A stretch of 64,000 bases of DNA from Staphylococcus phage BSwM-KMM1. Below the pieces are notes generated by a model. That model saw only the letters and a list, made by a program, of their open reading frames with translations, did not search any database and was not told where the DNA came from. Location of the stretch: sequence record OP902294.1. One strand, written 5' to 3'. How positions within the stretch are numbered: position 1 is the stretch's first letter; each line of letters starts with the position of its first letter. This document shows positions 1 through 12,918 of this stretch, piece after piece. A program made the translations under genes and the position numbers.

Positions 1-279
1 TGCAATGGAAACAAAAGATAAAATCACAGGCAATCAGTTAAAAGGTATGTCATTTATTGGGCTTAGAGAGCTACAATTAAAACAGACAGCTCAAGACACA
101 GCTATGAGTGAGGTATTATTGGAATTTATACCTGAAGAGAAACATGAAGAAGTATTACAACGATTAGAAGATTTACAAAATGAATTCTACAAAAATCTAG
201 ATTTAGATGAAGAAAGTAGAAAATTAAAAGAAGCTCTTGACAGAGTAGGCTATACAATTTAGATAGTGAGGTTAGAGTA

Positions 280-737
280 ATGGCAGAAGAGATTAGTTTA
301 AATCCAATACAAGATGCTAAGCCAATTGAAGATATAGTAGATATCATGACATACTTAAAAACGGAGAAGTGCTGAGAGTTAAACAAGACAACCAAGGAGA
401 TATCCTTATTAGAATGAGCCCAGGAAAACACAAGTTTACCGAAGTATCCAGGGATTTAAACAAAGAATCATTCTATTATAAAAGACATTGGGTACTGTAT
501 AATGTATCTATTAACTCTCTTATGACATTTGATGTGTATTTAGATGAAGAATACTCAGAAACAAATAAAGTTAAATATCCGAAAGATACAATTGTAGAGT
601 ATACAAGAGAAGACCAGGAAAAAGATGTTGCTATTATTAAAGAAGTACTTACAGATGATAAAGGTAATTACTTTTATGCTCTTACTGGGGAAACAATGCT
701 CTTTGATGAAAATAAACTAAATAAAGTTAAAGATTAG
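280..737 (+). CDS. hypothetical protein (two ORFs joined; frameshift at A-run ~343-348)
   Basis: MAEEISLNPIQDAKPIEDIVDIMTYLK... runs into 369..737 once one A is restored in ttaaaaacgg. Confidence 0.35.
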
Positions 738-801
738 TCTTGACAGTCCTGTAATTGTATGATATAGTATATGTATACTAAAAATAAAGGAGCTAACAAT
801 T

Positions 802-1245
802 ATGTTTATTTCATTAAATCAGGAAGAGAAAGCACTATTAACTAAAGAGGAAAATACGTACACACCATTAGAAACATCAAGAGAGTTTAATACACCAAAA
901 GAGGAATTTATTGTAACAAGTTATAATGACGGAAAATCATTAGACTATATTGCTACTGAAGCTAAAGTAAGCATGGGATTAATCTATACGGTTTTAAACT
1001 ATTATAAAGTAGGTAAACGTAACAAGAAATCACCTGTAGAAGAAAGAATTGCACATATCTTAAAGGATAAAGAACTAGTTAAGGAAATCATTAAGGATTA
1101 CCAATACATGAATTTACAAGACATTTACAGTAAATATAATTTACACAAAAATGGCTTATACTATATCTTAGATTTATATCATGTAGAAAGAAAATCTGAA
1201 CTTAAGGACAAAGCACTAGAGGAAGATAGTATTGTCGTTGAGTAG
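802..1245 (+). CDS. hypothetical protein
   Basis: 147-aa ORF with upstream promoter-like ttgacag...tatact and RBS aaggag. Confidence 0.5.
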   Translation: MFISLNQEEKALLTKEENTYTPLETSREFNTPKEEFIVTSYNDGKSLDYIATEAKVSMGLIYTVLNYYKVGKRNKKSPVEERIAHILKDKELVKEIIKDYQYMNLQDIYSKYNLHKNGLYYILDLYHVERKSELKDKALEEDSIVVE

Positions 1246-1261
1246 ATAAGGGGTTATAACT

Positions 1262-1972
1262 ATGAGAGATAGAAAATCATTCCAAGAGCAGTTAAATGAT
1301 ATGCGTAATAAAGAGAAATGGTTATCTGATGAGGAGTTCACTGAAGATGTGACTCCTTCAGAGGAACCTGAAGAAACAGAAGAAACAGAAGAGAAGTTAT
1401 ATACACTAGATGAACTAAAAGAAAATTTATTAGATGCTCAAGGATTAAAAGATGTTGTCGAAAATTTTCCGGCATCTAAACCACTATACGAACCTAATAA
1501 ATTATATATGTGTACAATCCCTAAGGGCTATTCTAGTGAAGTACAAGCAGGACAATATATTGGAGTTAGTATTGGTCTTCTATCAGAAGAAGAAGGATTT
1601 GACCATTTAAGAGGTAAAATGCCAAGAAAATTATATGAGCGTTCTCATGTACTAAAACCTTTAGTGAAAATTAGTAATACAAATGTTGATTATCAACAAC
1701 ACGAGCTACTCGAAGACATTAAAGAAGACAAAAATATACAAGATGTAGAATTAGAAGACTTAAGATTGGTAACAGGGGAAGAAGTTTCCTATTTAGAAAT
1801 TGTAGATAGTAAGTTTTTTGAGACTCGTATTAACGAAGTCCTTGATTTTTACCAAGAACTAACGGATTCCGATGATTTACTTAAATATTATAGCAAATTA
1901 CGAGAGTTAACAGGTAATGGTAGAATGATTTATTGCCCGCTCTTAAATAAATGTGTTAGAATTGTAGAATAA
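1262..1972 (+). CDS. hypothetical protein (acidic N-terminus)
   Basis: 236-aa ORF; RBS aggggtt 8 nt upstream; hairpin terminator follows at ~1978-2012. Confidence 0.5.
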   Translation: MRDRKSFQEQLNDMRNKEKWLSDEEFTEDVTPSEEPEETEETEEKLYTLDELKENLLDAQGLKDVVENFPASKPLYEPNKLYMCTIPKGYSSEVQAGQYIGVSIGLLSEEEGFDHLRGKMPRKLYERSHVLKPLVKISNTNVDYQQHELLEDIKEDKNIQDVELEDLRLVTGEEVSYLEIVDSKFFETRINEVLDFYQELTDSDDLLKYYSKLRELTGNGRMIYCPLLNKCVRIVE

Positions 1973-4135
1973 TAACTAGTCTCCTCTTATATTATAACTG
2001 TAAGAGGAGACATTTTTGTAGAGGTGTTAGTTATGTCAAAAAAGCAAGTGTATTTTATGTAATAGTTGTTATTGTTTTGGCTTTTTCTATCTCATCTTAT
2101 TATATATCTTCTTTCATGTATCACGACAAAGCAAAAGTCAAGTTGCTACTGAATTAACAAATACAGGAGAAATTAAAGAAGAAAAGAACGTTGAGTTTGT
2201 CGGGGACTATACATTAAAAGAGGTTAAGGATAATAAAGCTTACTTTATGGAAACACTACCCACTTATCTACCAGGTAGAACAGGGGATAATAGTATAGAT
2301 ATGAGATACTATAAGACAAGTAGATTTAAAGAGGGAGTAAGTTTTAAGCTTATTAGGGTATATACTGAAGATGGAGACGATAACCCAATTCATAAGTATA
2401 GGTTTGAAGCAGTACCAACCGAAAAGTAGTGGGAGGTGACTGAAAATGACAGTACTTATTATTGTCATCTTTATTGCTATCATTTATTACTTATGGAATA
2501 GTGATTGAGTCAAGTTAATGCTTGACTCTATTTTTATATTATGGTATATTAGTAAATAGGAAGGAGAGATTATATATGGAACTAGCAGATTTAGAAAGAT
2601 TTGATGCATTTGTAAAACTAATTTCAGATGATGAGCTATCAGAGGAAAGAATACTAGAGTTAAGCGTAGATTTATTAAACCCTATATTAGAGGGTGGGAC
2701 AGCTTATAGTGCTAGAAAAAGAATTAAACGTAAATTTGGTAAGCTAGAAGCAAGAAACTTTAAGGGTAACTATAAGTTCTTACTTAAGACGATAGCTCAA
2801 ATAGACCAAAGGAGATAGAAAGATGACAGAGAGAGAAAAGTTAGTTAAAGATATTGATGAGGCTAACACACGTATTCAAGTTCGGTTAAAAGAAGTAGAC
2901 GATTACAAAGATATTATACGTTCTAAAGGGACACGTAATTATGTATCTACTAAGGTATTAGATTCGGTTATGAAAGGGTTAGCTATAAGTTTTTAATTCT
3001 TATAGTGTTACGTATCTTGGAATATATTATATCAGGTACTACTACCTACTCAACTTTAGCCCCTGCAATTATTATTATGTTTGTACTATCACTGGGAGCT
3101 TGGAAAGTAAGTAAGATGAATAAGATAGTATCTTATAGAGGAAGTATAAAGATGTATTGGGAACTGAGTAATGCTGAGCACGCTCATGTGGAAATTTTTA
3201 AGTACCCTAATGATGAAATAGATATCGTAGCTAAGCATAAGTTAAGACAAATTACTTTTACAGAGATAAATATATTACACTTTAAATATAGAAAGTATAA
3301 TAAGGCAGTAAGGCATCACACACAGTTAACTGAGGAACTTCTAAAAAGATAAAGAAACTGTTGACAAGAACAGTTAAATGTAGTATAGTATTACTAAAGG
3401 AGGAGAGATATTATGGTTATACCTAGTGTTAAAGCACAAGACAAATTTAAAAATGAGTTAGAGTATTACAAGCAAGGACATGTAGACAAAAGTAAAATGT
3501 TAGAATTAGCATTTGATTACATCGAAGAGTTGGAACAGAATAATGAATACGTTACTAATTTACTAGAAGAGGAGAGATATGGTGAGTAGATTTATAGGAG
3601 TGTACTTATTTAATTTATTAGTTGTAGCACTTATTTATACATTAGGATTTTTATTCTTTTATGGGGTAGCTAGCTTAGTTATATTGTTAACTCATGCTAC
3701 TATCGAACCATTTGTATTAGCTACATTTTTAGGAATGGGATTCTTAGTTATCAAAACCGCACACAGAATAATAACTAGAATGGTTAATAACGCAGTAGCA
3801 CAAGCCATTAAGGATAAAGAAAATGAATAAAGGGAATTTATTATGGATAAAACATTACCTAGATTTAGTGTATATGAAGTTATTGTAAAAACTGTAATTA
3901 AAACACCAACAGAAGGAAGTTCTAGTAGAGAGTCATTATTCTTTTCAACCAAAGAGTTAGCAAATAGATTTGTAGAAGAAAATAAAGAAGAGACAAAAGA
4001 CGGTAAACGTGTAGCTTTTACTATTAAAGAGCATAAAGTAAACCAACTAAGCTAACATTAAATTGTTAGCTTTTTTTGTTGACAAAATAGAAATTATAGT
4101 GTATAGTAATATTATACAGAAAAGGAGGAATTATT

Positions 4136-4780
4136 ATGAAGGTTTCAGAAGAAGTAAAGCAAGAATACCTAGAGAATAAAGGTAATACTAAAATGGATAA
4201 AATTAGTTGGTCTGAGCTAAAGTCTAGACCCTTAGAGATGACCTCAGGTGATATTATATTTTATAGTGTAGTTATTATAGGTAATATTATAGCTATTGTA
4301 CTAACCTTAACTCTAGGAGGTACTATTGTTGATTCAATTGAAAGTACCCTAGCACGAGTAGTTGTAGGGTTGGCTATAATTACTATTGTATACGGAGTAT
4401 TTTCAGCTTTAATACCTATATTAGTTCACAAAACAGTATCCCCTGAATGGCGTTATACTGAATGGAATGAATCTTACTACATCAGATTACCAAGGGACGA
4501 CAAGTATAAGTACTATAGTAAATGGTATTTAGATTTATCAGGAGTTAAAGAATTTTACTATAGACGAGATAATGGTCAGGAAATGAAAGAGAAAGATATA
4601 TCGTGGGCTTATTTTGCTGAGGTAGATAGACCTAAAGATATGAATCACTGGAAGAATAAATTAATAACTAATAGACCTTTAACTATAGCAGAGTATAGGA
4701 AGTTAAAGAAATTAGATAAAGAAAGTGAAATTAGAAAAGAAGAAGATTTAAAAGAATACAAAGAATATAATGATTTATAG
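4136..4780 (+). CDS. membrane protein
   Basis: 214-aa ORF with hydrophobic segments (IIFYSVVIIGNIIAIVLTLTLGG...); RBS aaaggagg. Confidence 0.5.
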   Translation: MKVSEEVKQEYLENKGNTKMDKISWSELKSRPLEMTSGDIIFYSVVIIGNIIAIVLTLTLGGTIVDSIESTLARVVVGLAIITIVYGVFSALIPILVHKTVSPEWRYTEWNESYYIRLPRDDKYKYYSKWYLDLSGVKEFYYRRDNGQEMKEKDISWAYFAEVDRPKDMNHWKNKLITNRPLTIAEYRKLKKLDKESEIRKEEDLKEYKEYNDL

Positions 4781-7499
4781 GGAGGTGAGAACCAATGATA
4801 AGTTCATTTGATAGTATACTACTCGTAATATACCTTATTGTAATACTTGCAGGAGCTATGGCAGTTATTTACTTATTGTTTAAGGTGCTATCTTTTTACT
4901 AGATAAGTTAATGGAATTACTACTAAGTAAAACTACTTTAGATGTAGAAGTATGTGCAATGATAGTGGCTGTTATTAGTACAATAGCATTTGTAATTGCG
5001 TTACTTTTAATATGGGTATATGCAAATAATATTTCAGTGTAAGGAGTTTTAGAATGGATTTTAACGATTTTATAAACAATGAAGCAGATAGAGTCGGAAA
5101 ACCTAAACCTAAGAAGAAGGTAGATAAAGAGTTACCTTCTTCTACTCCTATTGAGGAGAGAGAACAAAGGTTAAAAAGATACGAGAGAAATCACTATATA
5201 TTGATTTAAGGAGAAAAAGAAATGAGTAAAGTACTTTACAAAGACACGTATAGAGATTATACTATAGTTGTAAGATTAGCAGGAACAATTATTGTTACAG
5301 AGATTAACAAAAAGCATCGAACAGAATTCACACCTATTATCTATGATAATGGTAAGGAAGGTGTAAGACTTACATTGAAGGTAGGTACAGAGGAACTAGG
5401 TATGAAAGATTTACGAGCATTCACCAAAGAGTTAGCAACAGCACAATCAGCAATAGAATATTTTAATAAAAAACTTTATCTAAAAGGGTTGACAGATGAA
5501 ACATTGTAGTGTATAGTAAAGGTATAAATAAAATAAAGAAAAGAGGAATGGTTATTATGTTATTAGGAATTTTATGGTTTATATGGGGATTTGTATCTTA
5601 CTTTGTAGTAATGCTTGGAGTGGAGTTTTATAAAGACAAATGGATGCCAGGAGTTATTGGAGCAGGAGCAGTATTACTATTCTTGTTTTGGGTTATGAAA
5701 TCTATCCATAACGCTATGACAGTAGTATACTTATACTAGGAGGGGAACAGATGATTGATATACTAGTTGTACATTATGAAGACACAGTTAGCAGAGTATT
5801 AAAAGAAACAATTGAAACTATAAAGCAACGATTAGTTGATGAGCACGGTCTTGTTAAAATGACAGTAACGGAGCTTACTGGAGAGAATATAGAAAGTAAG
5901 TTTAATGACTATAATATCGTTATTGCTAAGGTTGAGGAAGATAACCATTATACTGTTCACCATTTTAAAGAAAATGCAAAATTGATTATAGATATTCCAG
6001 TATCATATTTAGATATTTATGAGGGGACTGGTTGGGATATTGACACTCCAGTAGACATGTTATATAAACACCCTGATTTTGTAGATACTATAGATGAATT
6101 AAATGAAGATTTAATGTTATAAGGAGGAAATAAAATGTTAAATGAAAAGCTAAAAAACTTAGAAGATACGAAAGTATATTTGATTAATGGTATTGCTAGT
6201 CTCTTAAACTCAAGTACAGATAACTTGAGTAAGGTATTCTTTGATGAAGGTGATATTAGAATTGTAAGTGGTGATACAAAGGCAGTAGAGGTTATTGATA
6301 ATCTAGTTCATCCACATTCAGGACGTTTACCTATTAAAACAACAGAACGTATTGCACTCGGCAGATTAACAGATGCTTTGCAGTTTGTTATTTCAGAAAT
6401 AGAAGTTACTAAGGATAAAATTATAGATGAAGAAAATGAATCTTACATTGATTTTATGATGGAAGATTGGGATTGGGATTAGTACCTATGGACTTACTAA
6501 CAATTGCTTCTGTTGCTTTTATAGCTGTAGTCGTTATTGATTTACTTAATGCCGATATGAGCTATACGTTAACTGGTACTGCAATATTAATAAATATTTG
6601 GGCAGGTTTTTATGGGTGGTTCTTTTTACTACAGGCAGGTATGTTACTTTTCCTACTCTTAGCTAGAAAAGTTAAAGATGATAGAGAGTCAATACTATAC
6701 TCCAGTGCTTCATTAATATGCGCATTAGGAATGATAATAAATCTTTTTACAATATCTTAAAAATAAGTGTTGACATCTTCATAGTTATATATTATACTAA
6801 GTATATAACAAGTACAGGAGATGATTAATATGAGTAAAGAAACAATCAGAAGACAATTTTCAAATGCAATAGAGATTTTAGCAACAACTAAAGAGTGGTG
6901 GAACTTCCCTAAGAACTTCAGTACAAACAAAGAATTCAAAATTAAAAGTTTTAAAAATGACACACTTGTATTTGAAGTTAGGGAAGGTAGTATGAATCTA
7001 GGAAGTTTTGTAGTATTTACAAATATTGACTTTGATTATGGTAAGCTAGAAGGAACTTCAACACAATATATGATTAACTACTTTGCTAAGAAAGTAGTCC
7101 GTGATATGTATAGCTATCATAAGATACAATTAAAATAGGAGGTGAAATTATGAGAGATGAACTAAAACCCTTTAATAGAAAGCAGGTGAATGTTAAAGGG
7201 TACTTAGATGATGTTAAGTATTCAAAACGTAGAAGACATAAAGGTAATCAACATGGTTGTGTGAGAATAACAGTTACAGATGTAAGTATTAATGGAATAT
7301 CAATTGACCACGTTAATATTGAAGTAGGTATTTCATTCTATGAAAAGTTAAGAGAACTTAAAGGAGAAAGAATTCAATTTGTAGGTACAGTTTACAAGTA
7401 TGTTAAACATGCTAGAGGGTATAAAGGTAAAATTAAAGGATTTTATAAAGAGGATTATAGCGTAACTTTAGATAAGAAGTTACAGAAGGAGGAAAAATA

Positions 7500-8101
7500 A
7501 TGATTAAGAGAAGAAAACATTTAGACCATACAGTACAACCTGAGACAGGGTGGAGAACAGTACCTTTTAATGGATACTATGAAGCTCATCCTACCGGATT
7601 AATTAGAAATAAAGTAACGCAAAAGCTAATAAAGGGTACTCAAACAAGAAAAAACATCATAAATGGACTGCACATGAGATTGTATATTTAATTAACCCTA
7701 AGAAAACAACATATTCACGGGGTGTTGTTATTGCACATACATTCCCTGAATTGATTAGTCAATCACGAGGAGACCTTAAGAACGGTCATGTTTGCTTTAA
7801 AGATGGTGACCGAAGTAATTGTCATGTAGATAATATGTTTATTGGTAAAGGTAATGTTAACAAAAATATCTATAAATTAAATGATTCTTACTTGACTAGA
7901 AAAGATATTGAAGAAGACATTAATAATTTAGTTAACGAAAGATTATTCTCTCAACTAGAGTTACTAATCAAGAAGAATGAACCTGAGAGACTTACACCTA
8001 GCAATCACTTCATTAAAAGAAATAATAATGTATTCAGTATCACAGATTTATCTAAAAACTCACTAGTAGAGTTTGAGTTAGAAATAAAGAATATTAAATA
8101 G
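7500..8101 (+). CDS. free-standing HNH homing endonuclease (frameshifted at A-run ~7645-7652)
   Basis: N-terminus has the W..VPFNGYYEAHPTG..R NUMOD4-like pattern; C-terminus has LKNGHVCFKDGDRSNCHVDN (HNH motif); the two ORFs join when one A is restored. Confidence 0.5.
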
Positions 8102-8938
8102 TGAAAGTTGGGAAAGTAGATGACCGAATGGTATGCTTTATGCTATTATGATAAAGTAGGAAGGAAGAAAGTACCTAAGCAAGTAAGGGCACATAGAGAT
8201 ATCTCAGTACTAGAAGAACTAAAAGAAAGATTAGAAGAAAGAAACCCTGATACTGAGTACGTTATAAAAACAACAAAACAATTTGATAAGGAGAGATAGG
8301 TATGTTAACACCGGAACAGTGGTCTACTTTAAAAGAGCAACAAAAGAAATTTAATAAAAAGAAGAAATAAGTATTGACAAACAAGTAGACATAGGGTATA
8401 CTTAAGTTAACAAATAAAGAGGAGGTGCATTTTATGTTACTCATAATATTTATTCTAGCAGTATTGTTTGTACTTGGATTTATGAATGGATGGAACTCAG
8501 AAGACTAAATAGAAGGAGTGGTTACAGTGAAACTAGAAGATAAAGTATTAGAAAGAATTGATTCTCTTGGAGGTAAGTTAGGTGACATTAGCCAACATGC
8601 TTGGGAAGCTTTAGTAAAGTACCAAATTATATATGGCATTATAGACCTTATCGTAGGTATTGTAGTTATAGCATTAACTATACTTTTATGGAAGATATTC
8701 ATTAACCAACATAAAAAGGTAAATGATATGGATAGAGATGATGATTATAGTTTATTATTCGATGATTATGAAGATTTATCAGGTATAGGTCTGACCTATG
8801 TAATAGCTACATCAATCATATCACTTTTTGCTTTTGTATATTTAATATATGGAATACCTATGGATATTATAAAAATACTGAACCCTGAAGTATTTGCAGT
8901 TAAAGATTTAATCGAACAAGCTAAAGGAGGAAATTAAA

Positions 8939-9232
8939 ATGAAACAAAGAGATTTTGAATTTGAAGAGGATTTTGTACTAACATATGAGTGTGAGGATTG
9001 TAAGCATTTTGAAGATTGGGGTCATGATGAAGAGCCTGAAGAATGTAGTGAATGTGGAAGTAGTGACTTAATTAACAATACAAGTCATGAAAACACTGAG
9101 TGCGATATGTGTAAGGGATACATTGACATGTGGCAAGATGGATATAGATATATGGGAGATAATAAAGAGTACCTTGAAAAAGAAGATTCAGGTTTAATTT
9201 GTGAAGATTGTTATGAGAAATTAGATATTTAA
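8939..9232 (+). CDS. Cys-rich zinc-ribbon protein
   Basis: CEDCKH...CSECG...CDMCKG...CEDCY; four CxxC pairs in 97 aa. Confidence 0.45.
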   Translation: MKQRDFEFEEDFVLTYECEDCKHFEDWGHDEEPEECSECGSSDLINNTSHENTECDMCKGYIDMWQDGYRYMGDNKEYLEKEDSGLICEDCYEKLDI

Positions 9233-9792
9233 TAAGGAGGAATTTAGATGCCAGTAACAATACCTCATGTTCCTGTCGTGAGTAACCCAACGACTACTAA
9301 TCCTACCACTACAAGTGGTAATACAGAAACTAGGGAAGAAACTATAGCTCACGGTTGGGAACCTGATTTAATATCAGATACTGAAGCTATGTATATTACT
9401 ATAACTGTTGTTTTAATGGCTATTATAGCTTGTATTGGTTTATGGATTTACGCTAAAAAATACTTAAATAAATAAAATAATTTAAAAATAAAGGAGAAAA
9501 CGTATGAACAATAGACAAAAGAAAATTTTAACATTAACAGTAAATAACTTTTTAATTCTAGGATTAGACATTGTAGCTTTAATTAGATATAAGAAAGGTA
9601 AAGTCAAACAAGAAAACTACAATGTAGGGCAGATTACTAGGGTAATATCTACAACAGCTAACTCATTAGGTATTCTTTATTTAGAAGAACAGGAACGTCA
9701 AGAAAAACGACAGAAGTATAATGAAAGTAAATCTTTAAGCATAGTTAAAGATTTTAAACATACCCTAAATAAAACAAAAGGAGCTAAGTAAA

Positions 9793-10467
9793 ATGGATAT
9801 TAATTTAAAAGAATGGGAAACTATTATTAATAAACAAGAAGAGATTGGTGGATGTAAGATTGTAGCTAAGGCATCATTTAGCAAGAATACGGATTGTCAT
9901 TCATTTATTGACCCTGAAACAGAAGAAGAGGGTATTACATTTTATGTAGAGAATGAAAAACTTGAAGCGGTAAGTTCTCTATTTGTTATGGGTTATGGTA
10001 AATTGGTTATTGTAACAGGGACTAAAATAATTAATTATAACATCCCTGAAGCACTAGAGGCTACTGAAGAAGCTATCGTACACTTCTTAGACCATTCATA
10101 CCTTAAAGCTACAGAGGCTTACTACGAGTGGTTACAAGAGCAACTAATAGGTAATCATAAAGTTAATAAATTACCAGGTATTATGGGAGAGATATCAAAA
10201 GGTTTGAAAATAGGTAGTTTTACGATTTCAGATAAGGAAACTATTTCAAGCACGGGTAAAGATAACCAATTAAATATTTATTTACCTCTTGGTTATGTAA
10301 TAAGTATTGTCTATACTATATCAGAAGGACAACATCTAATAGATACAGTACTTAAAGATAGTGACCAAACTATTGTAAATCGTATTATGAAAACAGATAT
10401 TACTGAAGAAGGTAGAGAGAAGTTACGCTATACCTTAGACAAGATTGTTGAACCTATTTCATTATAA
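9793..10467 (+). CDS. hypothetical protein
   Basis: 224-aa ORF translationally coupled to the upstream ORF (taaaATG). Confidence 0.45.
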   Translation: MDINLKEWETIINKQEEIGGCKIVAKASFSKNTDCHSFIDPETEEEGITFYVENEKLEAVSSLFVMGYGKLVIVTGTKIINYNIPEALEATEEAIVHFLDHSYLKATEAYYEWLQEQLIGNHKVNKLPGIMGEISKGLKIGSFTISDKETISSTGKDNQLNIYLPLGYVISIVYTISEGQHLIDTVLKDSDQTIVNRIMKTDITEEGREKLRYTLDKIVEPISL

Positions 10468-10793
10468 TAAAAAACTTTAAGAAACCTATTGACATTAGGT
10501 TTCTTTTATTATATAATAGTACTATAAGAAATGTAGAAGGATATTTAGAGGAGTGATATAATGGAATTTATAGATAAAAATAATGTGATTAAATCTTACG
10601 ATATACCAAATGTTTATTTAAGAGGTTATGTATTACAGGCTTGTGATAAAAATGGAGATACAACTGCTTATGACGGTTACGACCAGCTACACTATAAAGG
10701 TGGTAGGATATTAACATTTCCTTTCGATAAACCAATAAGAAAAGCAAATGTATTATCAGGATACTATAAAGTATCTAAAAAGGAGGATATATT

Positions 10794-11300
10794 ATGATTT
10801 ACTTTGTTAGTGATTTACATTTTGGTCACGATAACATTAGAGAATTTGAAGCACCTACAAGAAGTCACTGGAACTCAGTAGAAGAAATGAATGAAGGTTT
10901 AATTGAGATGTGGAATAATACAATTACAAATAACGATATTGTTTATAATATTGGAGACTTCTTTTTCAATATGAAACCTTCTAAAGTAGAAGATATACTT
11001 AATAGACTAAATTACAAAGAGATGATATTGATTGCAGGTAACCATGACCATAAGAAACTTATAAGGATATATGAACGTAATGGTATTACAGTAAAGTACG
11101 CAGAGATGATTAAAAAGGATGGAAAGAGATTTTATCTAAGCCATTACCCTACACTAATAGGTAGAAAAAACATGTTTAATATTCACGGTCATATACATTC
11201 ACAATTAATGGATACAGATTATCACATTAATGTAGGCTATGATGTAGAGGGTAAGATTGCATATAGCTTTGATGATATTATAGATATTACGAAAAAATAA
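10794..11300 (+). CDS. metallophosphoesterase (calcineurin-like)
   Basis: DLHFGHDN, GDFFFN, GNHDHK and HGHIH motifs in canonical order. Confidence 0.75.
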   Translation: MIYFVSDLHFGHDNIREFEAPTRSHWNSVEEMNEGLIEMWNNTITNNDIVYNIGDFFFNMKPSKVEDILNRLNYKEMILIAGNHDHKKLIRIYERNGITVKYAEMIKKDGKRFYLSHYPTLIGRKNMFNIHGHIHSQLMDTDYHINVGYDVEGKIAYSFDDIIDITKK

Positions 11301-11993
11301 ATAAATACCTATTGACAGCAGGTATTTTTTATAGTATACTTTAGGTATAAAGAAAAAAGGAGAGGTTAATATGAATAACAAAACAATTGAAAGACTACAC
11401 AAGAAAGCAAATGGGGTAGTAAGTAATTCAGAAGGTCTTGAAGATGTAGGTTATGTACAGGCACATAAAATTATCAAGGAGTACCTTGATTTACCAGTAT
11501 CTGACTTTGAAAAGAGAGATGTAATGATTGAGTTACTACTAGCATTAGATAAAGCTAATAAATGCTCAGAATGATAAGGAGGTAGTAATATGATAAGTAT
11601 TATAATTTTAGTTGTGGGGTTACTATTGTTTCTAGCTAGTGGATACAAATTAATTTTAGGTAACTATTATAATGAAAAAGATTTAAAAATACTATTTACA
11701 TTTTTTGGTATTGGTGTTATACTATTGCTTGTAGGATTTATATTATAAAGGAGGAAATTATACATGAACTATAAAGAAGTATTAGAAACTATTAAAGAGA
11801 ATAAACCTTGTAAGGTGAGATTTACAGGAAGTATTATAGCAATTGTAAATGAGGAGTTTAATGGAGAAGGTGTACTACAGATTGATGCATCAAACATTAA
11901 TAAGGATGATTACATCAAGTTACAGCAGTATTGTTTAGAAAGAGATGACTATACTGTAGCAGGAGCTATTTTATTTTAAAAGGAGGTAACACA

Positions 11994-12901
11994 ATGATTA
12001 AAGTATCTTCAGAAATGGATTCAGAATATAAAACGATTGTACCGGAGAAATTCCCTAATGGTGAGATTAATTTTAAATATGATGACTTAGAATATTTAGT
12101 AGAAGGAGACCTACAGTTTGAGGTTTTCTTTAAATGGGAAAGTGATGCAGATTTAATGCATTTGTATATGTTTACTAAGTATCTAGAACAATTAGGTATC
12201 AAAGATAAAGCCGGGTTTTTAGACATTGCATACTTACCTTATAGTAGAATGGATAGAGTAGAAGAGGGTCATAGTAATATGTTTAGTCTTAAGTATATTG
12301 CAGAGTTTATTAATAGTCTTAATTACAAAACTATATGGTTAGCGGAACCTCATAGCCCTGTAACACAAAAGTTAATTAAAAATTCTTTTGCTATAAATGT
12401 TACAATTAAGCTATTAAACCAATATATTGAAATGTCTGAAAAACCTGTAACAGTTGTACTACCTGATAAAGGAGCATATGATAGATACCTATCAGATGTA
12501 GAGCGTGTATTATTAATCTCTGACGTTGAGAATTACTCAATTGTATATGGGGAAAAGGAACGTGATTTTGCTACAGGTAAGATTAAGGGAATTAAAATAA
12601 TTACAGATGAAAATACTATATACGATAACTGCATCATCCTAGATGATTTAACAAGTTATGGCGGGACTTTTGTAGGTTGTAAAAAGCTCTTGACAAACTA
12701 GGTGTTAATAGTGTATCATTAATATTGACCCATGCAGAGAAAGTATTTACAAATGGTAAACTATTTGAGTCAGGATTTAAAGATATTGTTGTAACAGACT
12801 CAATGTTACCTGATAGTCAGTGGGAGAAAGCTATTGCTAAACATAGAGCACAAGAAAACGGAACAAATTTACAAATAAAGGATATCGAAAGATATCTATA
12901 A
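11994..12901 (+). CDS. ribose-phosphate pyrophosphokinase (Prs)-like protein; possible ADPR-PP synthetase of an NAD+ reconstitution pathway (frameshifted at A-run ~12688-12693)
   Basis: The Prs-like N-terminal domain continues in the +1 frame as ...GGTFVGCKKALDKLGVNSVSLILTHAEKVF..VVTDSMLP (PRPP-binding-type C-terminus). Confidence 0.65.
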
Positions 12902-12918
12902 AAGGAGAAGAATAAATT

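Noticed and set aside
126-431. Antisense ORFs embedded in better-supported genes
   Set aside because: These include 126..431(-), 2268..2483(-), 3692..3952(-), 6757..6963(-), 9072..9290(-), 11205..11402(-), 11451..11648(-), 11966..12226(-), 15806..15991(-), 28862..29047(-), 31480..31689(-), 34417..34653(+), 41223..41969(+), 43386..43712(+), 45393..45620(+), 47522..47836(+), 52577..53233(+), 62230..62758(-) and 63139..63480(-). All have low-complexity hydrophobic translations typical of AT-rich antisense frames, lack an RBS, and overlap confident genes on the opposite strand.
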